A stretch of 63,985 bases of DNA, filler included, from Octopus bimaculoides (lineage: Eukaryota), in the NCBI RefSeq assembly GCF_001194135.2. It is 7 parts of 4 records of this genome, joined end to end, with 100 filler letters (N's around TTAATTAATTAA, not from the genome) between each part and the next. Parts side by side here need not be neighbours in the genome. Positions count along the whole stretch, not along the records: positions 12,602 to 36,478 come from NC_068984.1; 6 more parts are not named here. One strand, given 5' to 3'. Below the pieces are notes generated by a model, which saw only the letters and a list, made by a program, of their open reading frames with translations, had not been told where the DNA came from and ran no database searches. A program made the position numbers and the translations under genes. Of the stretch, positions 24,267 to 35,992 are shown piece after piece (position 1 is the stretch's first letter; each line of letters opens with the position of its first letter).

Positions 24267-24306
24267 ACTGTCTGATGAACGGGAACGTGAAACTCCGAGT
24301 AACAAT
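24267..24306 (+). ncRNA. Type I minimal hammerhead ribozyme motif
   Basis: ACUGU CUGAUGA ACG-GGAA-CGU GAA ACUCCGAGU A ACAAU. The core is intact and stem I has one mismatch. Confidence 0.75.
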
Positions 24307-24370
24307 CTTTTGTTATATTTCTGCTGCTTTTAAATAATGTGTANNNNNNNNNNNNNNNNNNNNNNNNNNN

Positions 24371-24404
<34 letters not shown>

Positions 24405-24405
<1 letters not shown>

Positions 24406-24810
24406 ACCTGTTGAGTCAAGTGAAATGGTAGTTGATGCCAGTGCTGCCTGACTGGCAGCTGTGGCTGGTGGCATGTAAAAAGCACCATTCGAGCATAGTT
24501 GATGCCAGTGCCAATGGCACGTAAAAAGCATCATTTGAGTGGGGTTGATGTCAGTACTGCCTAACTGGCTCCTGTGCTGGCGGCACGTAAAAAGCACGGT
24601 TCAAGCATGGTCAATGCCAGTACCACCTGACTGGCTCCTGTGTTGCTGGCACATAAAAAGCATCCACTACACTCTCGGAGTGGTTGGCGTTAGGAAGGGT
24701 ATCCCAGTTGTAGAAACCTTGCCAGATCAGATTGGAGCCTGGTGTAGCCTCCTGGCTTGCCAGTCCTCAGTCAAACCATCCAACCCATGTCAGCATGGAA
24801 AGCAGATGTT
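24405..24810 (+). mobile_element. RTE LINE 3' UTR fragment
   Basis: Four roughly 65-nt GCCAGT...ACTGGC...GGCACGTAAAAAGCA modules, followed by the GGCGTTAGGAAGGG...CCCATGTCAGCATGGAAAGCAGATGTTAAA tail. Confidence 0.85.
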
Positions 24811-25207
24811 AAATTATATCTCTGGCAAGTTAACTTGGAATCCCTTGACAACAATGTAATTTTTTTATTTAACTTAGGTATCTTTGGCCTGATGAGTAAC
24901 TAGTGGGGTATCCCTCAATGAGTAATATTCCTTCCAAGGTTCTGCTAGCTAGGAAACAAATTTAGCCTGGATTTTACCTGATTTCCCTCAATTTAGATTT
25001 TATTTACATTCATAGCAACCCTAGTTGCTAACTATGAACTATTAAAAAGAACTCTCTTCAGCTTATCGAACTTCAATATGGGAAAAACAACCTTCTAAGC
25101 CGATAAACTATTATTGTTCCTGAAAGTTGTTTTTTATATCTACCTCAGACTGCTCAAAGCTCACTAACTTCCAACACCTAGTTCCTTGGATCTTACATAT
25201 TATATAT

Positions 25208-25600
25208 AGGAGTGGCTGTATGGTAAGTAACTTGCTTACCAACCACATTGTTCCGGGTTCAGTCCCACTGCGTGGCACCTTGGGCAAGTGTCTTCTACTA
25301 TAGCCTCAGGCCTACCAAAGCCTTGTGAGTGGATTTGATAGACAGAAACTGAAAGAAGCCCATCGTATATATGTATATGTATATATACATATATATATGA
25401 GTGTGTTTGTCCCGCCAACATCGCTTGACAACTGATGCTGGTGTGTTTATGTCCCCGTAACTTAGTGGTTTGGCAAAAGAGACCGATAGAATAAGTACTA
25501 GGCTTACAAAGAATAAGTCCTGGGGTCGATTTGCTTGACTAAAGGCGATGCTCCAGCATGGCTGCAGTCAAATGACTGAAACAAGTAAAAGAGTAAAAAG
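25208..25600 (+). mobile_element. SINE family A, full length
   Basis: tRNA head, CCTTGGGCAAGTG core, TA/GT spacer and tail ending AAATGACTGAAACAAGTAAAAGAG. Confidence 0.9.
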
Positions 25601-25609
25601 AGAGTATAT

Positions 25610-25826
25610 TTTATAAGCTTAAAGCTTATAAGCGATCACCATGTAATGATTAAAGAAAATAGTCTAATATTGGGGTATATAAGCCCTCGACAGTAAAAAG
25701 TAAGGTTTTCCATCCCATACGTATGGAAAACCCTACTTTTTGCCATCAAGGGCTTATATGCACCAGTATTAGACTATTTTCTTTCGTCATTACACAGTGA
25801 TCGCTCATAAGCTTTAAGTTTATAAA
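25610..25826. mobile_element. Foldback palindromic element (MITE-like), arms of about 100 nt
   Basis: TTTATAAGCTTAAAGCTTATAAGCGATCAC...GGTTTTCCAT pairs with ATGGAAAACC...GTGATCGCTCATAAGCTTTAAGTTTATAAA. Confidence 0.85.
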
Positions 25827-25934
25827 GTATTATTATTGTTATTTACANNNNNNNNNNNNNNNNNNNNNNNNNNNNNNNNNNNNNNNNNNNNNNNNNNNNN
25901 NNNNNNNNNNNNNNNNNNNNNNNNNNNNNNNNNN

Positions 25935-25965
<31 letters not shown>

Positions 25966-26677
25966 ATGATAAGCTTTCCCCAATTTTCTTCAATCAAATC
26001 CACTTACAATGCAAGGTTTTGGTCAGCCAGAGTCTACATTAGAAGACATGTACTCAAAGTGCTATGCAGTGTAACTGATCCCAAAATCTGGTGGTTTGGA
26101 AGTGAAGTTCACAACCACACAGCTATGCCTGCACCCTAGGCCTTAGTCAGCCTAGAGAGTATTTAATTACATAAAAGAAGCCATATGTTATTGGTACAGC
26201 TTAACACATATTACCTTATATAGTTCACACTCTTGCTCAAAGAACACTAAGTATGCAAAATCATATTTTCCATTAAACATCTCAATGATTCTGTGTATGA
26301 AAACTTACAATTGTAAAAGTTATGAAGGTAATTCTGTTGCTTAATGTCAAAAGTATTTTGTAGACGAGAGCTGAATATTCAGATTTCCAACCTTAAAGCT
26401 AGGAGGCTTCTAGTGATATAAAATCGTTCCTAAGCAATACTAAGATGCTCCTTAAGATTCACATTTTTAAATCGTTTATTCAAATTTAAATACAAAGAAA
26501 CAGAAAAAAAAGAGAGATTAGAAAAGAAATGAAAGAAAAGAAAAAAGCAGAGGTAAAGCAACAAAAGACAGAGGGGAGGGGCAATGGGCCACATACCCCA
26601 GAACAAATGGTGTCCTCAGTAACACCCTTCAATAATGACTTCAATGGCTTTGTCACAGAGTGGTCAGCAACACTCAC

Positions 26678-26793
26678 TGCAGTAGCCACTCCACCTCATG
26701 AAGCTCATTTCTCTGCTGGGCTGCCATTATCCCTATTTTGCGAAGGAAAATCGGTAGTATGGGGTCTGAGAACTCCCAATGTCTCAACAGCGG
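26678..26793 (-). CDS. Candidate internal exon (unidentified)
   Basis: GC-richer island; acceptor TTTGTGACAG and donor CA|GTGAGT. Frame PLLRHWEFSDPILPIFLRKIGIMAAQQRNELHEVEWLL. Confidence 0.35.
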
Positions 26794-27344
26794 CTGTCAC
26801 AAACTGATAATGGCCAGTCAGGCTCCTCTTTTTATTGATTTTTCAGTATAAGTTTCAAGGAAAGAAATGAATATTAAATGCTTTCATTAATTCTCAACTA
26901 TAATATTATTTTCAGGATTGTCAACTATAACATTACTTTCAGTATCATTATTTTTTATCCTAAGTGGAAACTAAATGGCATTGTTTAAAAAAAAGATTGA
27001 ACAAAATAAATGTTTACAGAAACCAACTTACCTGTTGAATTAAATTTTGTTTGGGTTACCATTTTTCCGAAAAGATTCTTGATTTCAGTTGACTTAGATA
27101 TTTGAGAAAACTTATATGGTGACGTTCCTACAAAGATATTTAATCAATTTAATCAATATATACATATATATATTTGTAATATTTACACACACATATATAT
27201 TTGTAATATTTCACACACACACACACACACACACATTTTTTGAAACACATGGTTATAGAATTGTTTTAATGTTTTCCCCTTTAACATTTTTAAACCTTGT
27301 AGATCTCAGCACAACTACATTTAATATTAGTTTTCCTAGTAATA

Positions 27345-27445
27345 GCCCATGGGCATATGGTGTAGTGGTTAAGAGCATGGGCTACTAACCCTAAGATTCC
27401 AAGTTCGATTCCAAGCAGTGACCTGAATAATAATAATAATAATAA
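27345..27445 (+). mobile_element. tRNA-like SINE head followed by (AAT)n
   Basis: A-box TGGTGTAGTGG, B-box AGTTCGATTCC, then AATAATAAT. Confidence 0.75.
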
Positions 27446-28337
27446 CAGAGAGCTCTTACCCCTGCTGGCGACAAAGGGACTCTCACTCAGAGTAAAAGGC
27501 AGACTGTATGACACATGCGTACGAACAACCATGCTACATGGCAGTGAAACATGGGCTGTAACTGCTGAGGACATACGTAAGCTCGCAAGGAATGAAGCCA
27601 GTATGCTCCGTTGGACGTGTAATGTCAATGTGAATACCCGTCAGAGTGTAAGTATCTTGAGAGAAAAGCTGAACATTAGAAGCATCAGTTGTGGCGTGCA
27701 AGAGAGACGATTGCGCTGGTATGGACNNNNNNNNNNNNNNNNNNNNNNNNNNNNNNNNNNNNNNNNNNNNNNNNNNNNNNNNNNNNNNNNNNNNNNNNNN
27801 NNNNNNNNNNNNNNNNNNNNNNNNNNNNNNNNNNNNNNNNNNNNNNNNNNNNNNNNNNNNNNNNNNNNNNNNNNNNNNNNNNNNNNNNNNNNNNNNNNNN
27901 NNNNNNNNNNNNNNNNNNNNNNNNNNNNNNNNNNNNNNNNNNNNNNNNNNNNNNNNNNNNNNNNNNNNNNNNNNNNNNNNNNNNNNNNNNNNNNNNNNNN
28001 NNNNNNNNNNNNNNNNNNNNNNNNNNNNNNNNNNNNNNNNNNNNNNNNNNNNNGCTCCCGTAGGATTTTCGAGTGAGATCGTTGCCAGTGCCCCTGGACT
28101 GGCTTGTGCGGGTGGCACACAAAAGACACCATTTCGAGCGTGGCCGTTTTCGTGCGGGTGACACGTAAAAGCACCCACTACACTCTCTGAGTGGTTGGCG
28201 TTAGGAAGGGCATCCAGCTGTAGAAACTCTGCCAAATCAGACTGGAGCCTGGTGTTGCCATCCGGTTTCACCAGTCCTCAGTCAAATCGTCCAACCCATG
28301 CTAGCATGGAAAGCGGACGTTAAACGATGATGATGAT
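27446..28337 (+). mobile_element. RTE LINE, 5'-truncated, with an internal gap
   Basis: RELLPLL...LHGSETWAVTAEDIRKLARNEASMLRW...RRLRWYG. The tail matches the 21348 copy and ends GATGATGATGAT. Confidence 0.92.
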
Positions 28338-28382
28338 TGGAAAATACCTTAGGAATGAGACCCAGGTTCAAAATTCCCCTAG

Positions 28383-28428
28383 GACACCTGATGAAGGCTG
28401 GAGAGTACATCAGCCGAAACATTGTGTT
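28383..28428 (+). ncRNA. Type I minimal hammerhead ribozyme-like motif
   Basis: GACAC CUGAUGA A GGCUG-loop-CAGCC GAA ACAU U GUGUU. Stems I and II pair; stem III ACAT could be a CpG-decayed ACGT palindrome. Confidence 0.65.
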
Positions 28429-29964
28429 AACAACAAACAAGATGAAGACAAATATCTGTCAAATGTAAATAATGTCCTAGTAAGATCACTCATACAAAAA
28501 TTAATCAAAGTGGGATATAAACGTACCACTCCCTACATGACACTTCACAACAACAGAATATATCCAAAGCTAGTGTCAGTGACATTGTACCTCCAAATGG
28601 ATGTATCTCATAGGCATTAGAAATACTGATTGGAGAAAATATCAAAAGCAGTCTCTATAAGAAGCAACAGCTAGGGTGCTGTAACAAATTATTTGAACCT
28701 TTTGTTCCCATATTTTTGTCGAAATGCATTGCCTTAATTTCAATTATTTTTTGAAAATAATGAAGTTCATAAAGTAACTTTGTCATAATTAAGCTGGTGT
28801 TTGGAATATAAATTAACATGAAATTTTGATGGAAGGTTTTAATTTCAAGTACCTTGAAATAGGACATTTGCATCAAAGAGAAAAGAATGATCTCAGATGT
28901 ATTGGTATAAAAATGGTTAAACAGCAATAATCCATGTATGATCTACAGTTTCATTATTCAACTATGACATTACATATTAGTCAACTGTAAACATTGAATA
29001 TTTTCAAATATAGCTGTTTTATTTGTAAAAGAAATGTGGTTATTAAAAAATATATACATAGTAACTGTGAGGAAAGGAAAACATCATGTTTTGAGCTCAG
29101 GTCCTTTATCAAAGAAGATAAAAGAGAGAGTTCAATGCACTATTATTCTGGGAGTTAACTCCAAGATAGCATTACACTGAACTCTCTTCTCTTCTCTTCC
29201 GTTCCATAATACAACACTTGAACTTGTAATGTATCATTTCCTTACCTCACATTAACTCTATTTATTTGAACTACCGTGTTTACTTTAGATTACTTGTTGT
29301 CAATGCCAACTCACACCAGTTCTAAATCTTACTTTGTTTTATTAGCTATTAATTTTGGTAAACCTTCAAATAGGCCCCACCTTTCATTCATACTGGTTGT
29401 GCTTTGAGGGTGTAGCTCAGTGCAAAAATGTTTCAATGCCAAACAATATATTTCCTTTTGTTTTTGAGGGCTTGCCAAAAGAGAACTTAAACCATCATGG
29501 TTGTGTTTGGCAATGTTCTTCCTTAAAGATTACAGAATTCTTATAAAAAGGAATGGCTGAAGTTATTTTTTTTTTTTGTAAACAGAAATAGCATTTCATA
29601 ATTTCTAAAAGCATTTGCTAGCAGTGTCATTGGAAAGAAGTAATTGAAAGCAAACATCATCTCAATTGTTGAGTGGAATTACAGGAAGAACATTAATTCC
29701 ATGTATATAATGTTTGTAAGTATACACACAGGCACAGGCACACACACACACACACACACACATACACGAACAAGAATAGGCATGGCTGTTGGTTAAGAAG
29801 TTCACTTCACATCCACATGGCTTTGTGTTCAGTTCCTCTGTATTATACCTTGAGCAAGTATCATCTTTATAGCCCCAGGCTGAATAAAGTCTTGAGTGTG
29901 GATTTGGTAGATGGAATCTGAAAGAAGACTATTGTGTGTGTGTGTGTGTGTGTTTTTGTGTGTT

Positions 29965-29996
<32 letters not shown>

Positions 29997-30062
29997 ATAG
30001 ATGGCTAAGAACTAATGCATACATATTTGCACACACACACATACACACACATGTACTAACAC

Positions 30063-30212
30063 CAGGGCTGGCCCTAGGGTTGCTGGCATCCCAGGCAAGC
30101 TGAACTTCGGTCTGTACAAACTAATGGTCATGGAAATTTCCTTGTCTTTGTCATGCCCTTTTTGGCATCCTCTAGCAACTGCCCGAGTTGCTGTTACCTT
30201 GAGCCAGCCCTG
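30063..30212. mobile_element. 150-bp hAT-type MITE
   Basis: TIR CAGGGCTGGC / GCCAGCCCTG; perfect 8-bp TSD ACTAACAC at 30055-30062 and 30213-30220. Confidence 0.9.
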
Positions 30213-31019
30213 ACTAACACACACACATACAACCAATAACAAACATGTAGCTGATATACATAGCAGACAACATACACCCACATAATCACCCATGTGAGTA
30301 CTCACATGCAGTTGATACACACTGGCACCCATACATACACACACCCTACCAAACATGCACATACACATCAATGAGCTGATGTCATCAGCTTTCACTTGCA
30401 TAGCTGACATATATGCATAGGCATCAGACACCCATGTCCACACACTTATACATCTGGTATACACACACACAACTACCAGCTATGGTTCTGTTCACTTCCA
30501 AGTCCCTTCAAAGGCTGGCCAGACACTAAGGTGCAACCAGCTTCCTGTCCAGCCACACCATCCAAGAGATTCTCCTTTCTAATGTATCTGGTGTCATTGA
30601 AAGCCGATTTTACTTCTAATGACACCATGTGATCTGCCTTGATCAGTTGCAGCCCAGCTTCTTGTAGCCATCTTGGACTTCCTGTATCTTTTCATTCGGT
30701 AATCTGAACCTGAATGAGCTAGATTTCTGTAAGAAACCTGCAAGACTTTAAGTCACATGAAGTCAAATCAAACTGTTTTAAATAATAATAATAATAATGG
30801 TTTCAAATTTTGGCACTAGACCATCAATTTTGGGGGAGGGGGTAAGTTGAGTATATCAACACCAGTGTTCAACTGGTACTTATTTTATCAGCCCTGAAAG
30901 GATGAAAAGCAAAGTCAACCTTCGTGGAATTTGAATTCAGAACATAAAGACTTATGAAATATCACTACGCATTTTGTCTGGTATACTAACAATTCTGTGA
31001 GCTCATCACCTTAATAATT

Positions 31020-31240
31020 TGGTGTGTTGTGCTCTTGAGCAAACTACTTTATCTCACATTGTTCTGTGATCACTTTGATACCTGACGTGTGGTACATCAT
31101 GCACCTGTTCAGGTAACATCGAGTTGATGGAAGTAGGGAGCTAATGTACAGCACATACCTTTGATCACTATAAACAAAGTCTTTGTGCAGGTTGTCCAGT
31201 AAGAAACTGCAGAACTGTCTTTCTCAGATTGCTAGAGAAT
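31020..31240 (+). repeat. Dispersed SINE-like repeat (family D); reverse copy at about 38520-38765
   Basis: GGTGTGTTGTGCTCTTGAGCAAACTACTTTATCTCACATTG... matches the reverse complement of ...GCGCAACGTGAGTTGAAGTATTTTGTTCAAGAACACAACGCACC. Confidence 0.65.
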
Positions 31241-32164
31241 AATCCTTCTCATCATAATCCCCATCATTATCACCCTCATTTTAACATCTTTTTCATGCTT
31301 GTATGAATCAAAAGTATGTTGGAGAACAGTTTTCTTCTGACTGATGCCCTTCCTGGTGCCAACACCCACCAATTTCCAAGGAAGGTAATACTGTCCAGTC
31401 TGTCAAACAACGAACACCGTAGACATGTTTTACACAGAGAACTGGAAAAAAATTACACTGTTGAATGAGCCTTTTGAAGGGATATATGAACCCACTCATG
31501 CAAACGCCCACGCACTTCATGCCCAGAATGTCAAAGGCCCTTTTACCTTTTCCTTTTTCTTTTCAAGCATGAAACTAATTACAACTTCATAAAAACTTAT
31601 CACTCTTGTGTTTTTCTTGTTTTTGTTCATTCATCATATACATACATACATACATACATATATCTTTATATATATATATAAATATATAGTATTAGGGAAA
31701 AGAACCAAGGTTTATGAAATCATCGATGAAAAACCACTGTCACATATAGAAAAAATTTATAATTAAAAGTACAATAAATAAGTATAATATAATACAAAGT
31801 AAATATCATAATATCCCTAATATTATTTTATATATATATATATATATATCTATATATATATATATATATATTCTTTCTGTTGAAGAGCGTAGCTCGAAAC
31901 CTTTAAGACTTTCCGTATTCCCGAGCGTCATACTGATACATCCTTTTGTTGTTTACACCACCTGTCCTTGTCTGTTGTTGTTTTTTCGTACATTCTCCCA
32001 TATATATATATATGCATATATATACATACATACATACATACGTACACACACACATATATATATCCTTTTACACACAAGTATTCTTTCTAAGTTAAGGTAG
32101 ATTATATATTATATAACCCCTTGTTATCAGCACGTGGTAGTAAAAAATGTATAGTAAATATAGA

Positions 32165-32540
32165 GAATGTGAAAAGGCTGGAAAGAAATGATGCAAGCAT
32201 GCTCTGCTAGATGTGCAATGTTAATGTGCATGACTGACGGTGCATAAATGAGCTGAAAGGTAAACTAAGAGGAACCAGTAGCAGTGTGCAAGAGAAGCAA
32301 TTCTGTTGGTATGAATGTGTAATGAATATGGAGGATGGCAGTTGGGTAAAGATATGCCAAGCAATCTAAGTAGAAGGAATCTGGTGAAGCAGAAGACCAA
32401 CGAAGACATGAGAAGAAGTGGTGAGAGCTGATTGAATGCATGAAGGAGGTGACAAAGGACCAGAACAAATGGTGAGATGATGTGGTGTAGATGACCATCT
32501 AACCATGCTAGCGTAGAAAAAGAGAAAAGAAAAGGATGAT
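32165..32540 (+). mobile_element. Old RTE LINE C-terminal fragment
   Basis: NVKRLERNDASML..MCNVNVH remnant and tail ACCATGCTAGCGTAGAAAA...GATGATGAT. Confidence 0.75.
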
Positions 32541-32750
32541 GATACAGATGATCTTATATATATATATATNNNNNNNNNNNNNNNNNNNNNNNNNNNNNNN
32601 NNNNNNNNNNNNNNNNNNNNNNNNNNNNNNNNNNNNNNNNNNNNNNNNNNNNNNNNNNNNNNNNNNNNNNNNNNNNNNNNNNNNNNNNNNNNNNNNNNNN
32701 NNNNNNNNNNNNNNNNNNNNNNNNNNNNNNNNNNNATTTTTTTTTGTCTT

Positions 32751-32811
32751 AATAACTGACAAGATGCCGGAGCAGATTTCCACCCCGACATCTGAAACTC
32801 AGAGTTTTATT
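32751..32811 (+). ncRNA. Degenerate type I hammerhead-like motif within a dispersed repeat (32745-32910)
   Basis: AAUAA CUGACAA GAUGCCGG..CCGACAUC U GAA ACUCAGAGU U UUAUU. Stem I and a long stem II pair; the core is a variant. Confidence 0.55.
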
Positions 32812-35800
32812 ATGGCAAACGAATAATTGTCACATATTATATTAGAGATAAATTCCTCTATTTACATAATATTGAGGTCTCATTCATTCTTTTGTTGTCA
32901 TACTATTACTATTAATATATATATATATATATATATATGAGTCAGAGATGGAGAGGCATGGGAGAGAGAGGACAAGAGAAAATTTGCTTGTGTGTACATG
33001 TGTGAGAGTCTAAAGTTAGATGTTAGTTTGAATCAATGAAGTCAGCATATCTTGGAGTGAAGAGTTTCCTCTAAATCTCATTCCTGGCTTTATATATGTT
33101 CTACAGAAATGACAATGCATCTTTCATTTTGCCATTTATCAAGGTTAATGTAATTTTCTGCTACCAAACCAAAAACATCAACCAATTCTGACAAGATTAA
33201 TCTCACATACATATATTTTTAAGCACGTTCATGTTTTTTTTTTATATTATTGTTGTTGCGTTTCAGTCTTCAATATTGATAACTTTTCAAAAATTGAAAG
33301 AGAAAATGTTTTCTGAATGAAGCCTGGCATATGCTGGTAACTTTACCATTAAAAGAAACTACAATATATTTGTACATGAAATAATAGGATGTGACAGAAT
33401 TGGAAAGGAAGCAGAATATAAATGAACAGAAAATATGAGCTAAATATTTAACACAATTCTAAATAAGGACAGAACTCTCCAGACTTGCTAACCCTATCCC
33501 ATGTTCACTCTAAACATTTTACTGTTCTTCTTTAACATTATCTCTTACCTCTACCCACTCAGTCTTTCACCAAAGGCTCCACACACAAGCCTCCATATAC
33601 ATTTTCACTTTTTCAAAAAATTCTTTTCTGCTCATTCATCACTTCTAATAACTTAAAGTTAACAATTCAAGCAAAATATCAACTGCAATGGGTCCCACCT
33701 AACCATCTTACTCTTTTGTTCTGTTACAACTTTACAATATATGGACAAAATAGTACTTAATATATAATAATGGATGTACTAATATTGAATAGCTAACAAT
33801 GAAAAACAACAACAATAAAATCTAACAATAACTTACAATAGTTATTAAAGATATTATAGGTAGTATAATAATATAGATATTATTATACTTATGATAAATT
33901 ATTGGATAAATTGGCTGAAGTAATAGATTAATTGCTCCTTATATTATTAGTGAAGATCTTTACTATTTCAATTTCATGTTATATAAGATGCAGGCATCGA
34001 TGTGAGGTTCAGAAGTTCTCTTCTTAACCACATGGCACTTTGGGCAAGCATATTCTATTAAAACTTCAGGCCATTCAAAGCCAGTGAGTGAACCTGGAAG
34101 ATGGAAATTGAAAGAAGCCCATCACATATGTATATCTGTGTGTGCACTCATGTGTGCATTTGTGTCGCCTTGTTCATTTCCACTTGGATATTCTTGCTCA
34201 GTTACCCTGAAATTGTTTTTTCATGTATCAAATTTGATGCTTAATATGGAATGACTTCTGGGCTGGTGGATCAACAGACTGGACATAATGTGTTAATAAG
34301 TAAAATAGTAAGTTAACTAAAAGCTAAAAGTTTAATCTTATCTATTTCTTTATGATCTCTATATAGTGTGATGGATGTGTTTTAAGATAGTTAATTTTTT
34401 TCCTGAAAAAATTCTGTAAGCATGCATCTCAGTTTATAAGATGGAAGTCAATAGAAAAATAGGTTTTGTATAATAGAATTCTATATTACAGCAAATCTTT
34501 CGGGAATGCAATTATTCTATAATGTGAGGGATAGCACTATATCTCTCTATATATATATATATATATATATCACAATGTGTATAGGTGTATACATCACAGT
34601 GTATATTTGTGTATACATCATAGTACACACACACACACATCACAGTCAATTTATAGATATACATCACAGTGTATATATGCATACATACTACAGTGCAAAT
34701 ATGTGAAAGCATGTGTGTCTTACAGTGGTCATAGGGCTAGCATCAAGCCAAGTCTATAATGCAAGTTCAGTTCCCTTGATGAGCAATTTCATCCTGTTTC
34801 AAACATTTACATTCTCACAGTAGACTGGGAGTCTGGAAGGAGATCAGTTACTTCCTGCTCACTTACCCTCACTCACTAATAAACCTTTAATGCTGACCCA
34901 GCACAGAGATACAGAATATTTTCTTTTAAGTACATCATAGTGTATTTATGAGATTAATGAAGATCTTGTGGGATCTGTTATTATGCATCACAAAATCTAG
35001 GATTAGCAAGAGACTCAAGGTGCAGTAAGATGGTTAGTGTATGTCAGAAATTAATTGTGATAAACTAGACTAGGAACAAGATTGAACAGTGTAATTAATT
35101 GATAGGAGCTAACATAAGGTTAGAGAGGCAATTGACAAAGTTAAATCAAGATATATCTGATTTCATCTTAGACACTGAAGAATTAGTGAAGTATTAAGGT
35201 AATGATAAATTTGGATGGCTGTTTGATAGATGTGTCCAATTCATTCTTGCATGAAAATATTGATATTAAAGGGATTTAGAATGATTATTATTCTTACTAG
35301 TTTAATTTCAAAGGGTAGTGGATTGGCAGAATCATTTGAATGTTGGAAAATGTTTTACTATATTTCTTCCAACTCTTTAGGTTCTGAGTTCAAATTTTAT
35401 CAAGATCAATTTTGCTTTTCATCCTTCTGGTATCAATAAAATAAAGTACCTATTAAGTACTAGGATTGAATTTATTGATTAATCCACTCTCTCACCCCAG
35501 AAACATGTTATCCTGTACGTATGTTAGAAACAATTATTACTTTTATTATGAAATTATTAGAAATCAAATTGTGGAGTTGAAAATGTTAAAATTGAAATAT
35601 GTAACTGTTATAATAGTTTATGTTATAAAAATATGTCTGTATAAAGGTTATAGTATTTTATGTAATAAAAAACATTATAATATTTTATGGGATAAAAATA
35701 TGTATGTAACAATTTTTTATGTAATAAGAATATGTGTATTGGTGCCCCAGTATGACTGCAGATTTCAAGCTGAAATTGACTAAAGAGTTTTATGCCTATA

Positions 35801-35992
35801 TATGTCCAGCTGCATGGTATAACCATGTAGTCAAGAAGCTTGCTTTACAATCATGTGGTTTTGGTTTCAGTCCCACTGCACAAAACCTTGGGCAAGTGTA
35901 GTCTACTATAACTCTGAGCCAACCAATGTCTTGTGAGTGAATTTGGTTGACAGAAACAATGATGAAGCTTAGTGTGTATGTTTATTTATATA

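Larger units (their letters stand above)
24182..24337. repeat. Near-perfect 156-nt palindrome (77-nt arms, 2-nt spacer, 4 mismatches)
   Basis: The reverse complement of 24182-24258 matches 24261-24337 except at 4 positions. Confidence 0.95.

Noticed and set aside
24889-24895. Isolated CTGATGA motifs (also near 45398, 55503 and 58938)
   Set aside because: No stem II, GAAA or stem I follows, so they are chance matches.
26529-26807. 92-aa plus-strand ORF
   Set aside because: It starts in an A-rich tract with no recognisable domain or splice context. A minus-strand exon explains the GC island at least as well.
27032-27092. Minus-strand exon candidate STEIKNLFGKMVTQTKFNST with a strong donor
   Set aside because: It ends in phase 1 while the next candidate starts in phase 0, so it cannot be placed in the model.
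27345-27425. Functional tRNA gene
   Set aside because: The acceptor and anticodon stems pair poorly and an (AAT)n tract follows. It is better read as a SINE head, as are the other tRNA-like heads.
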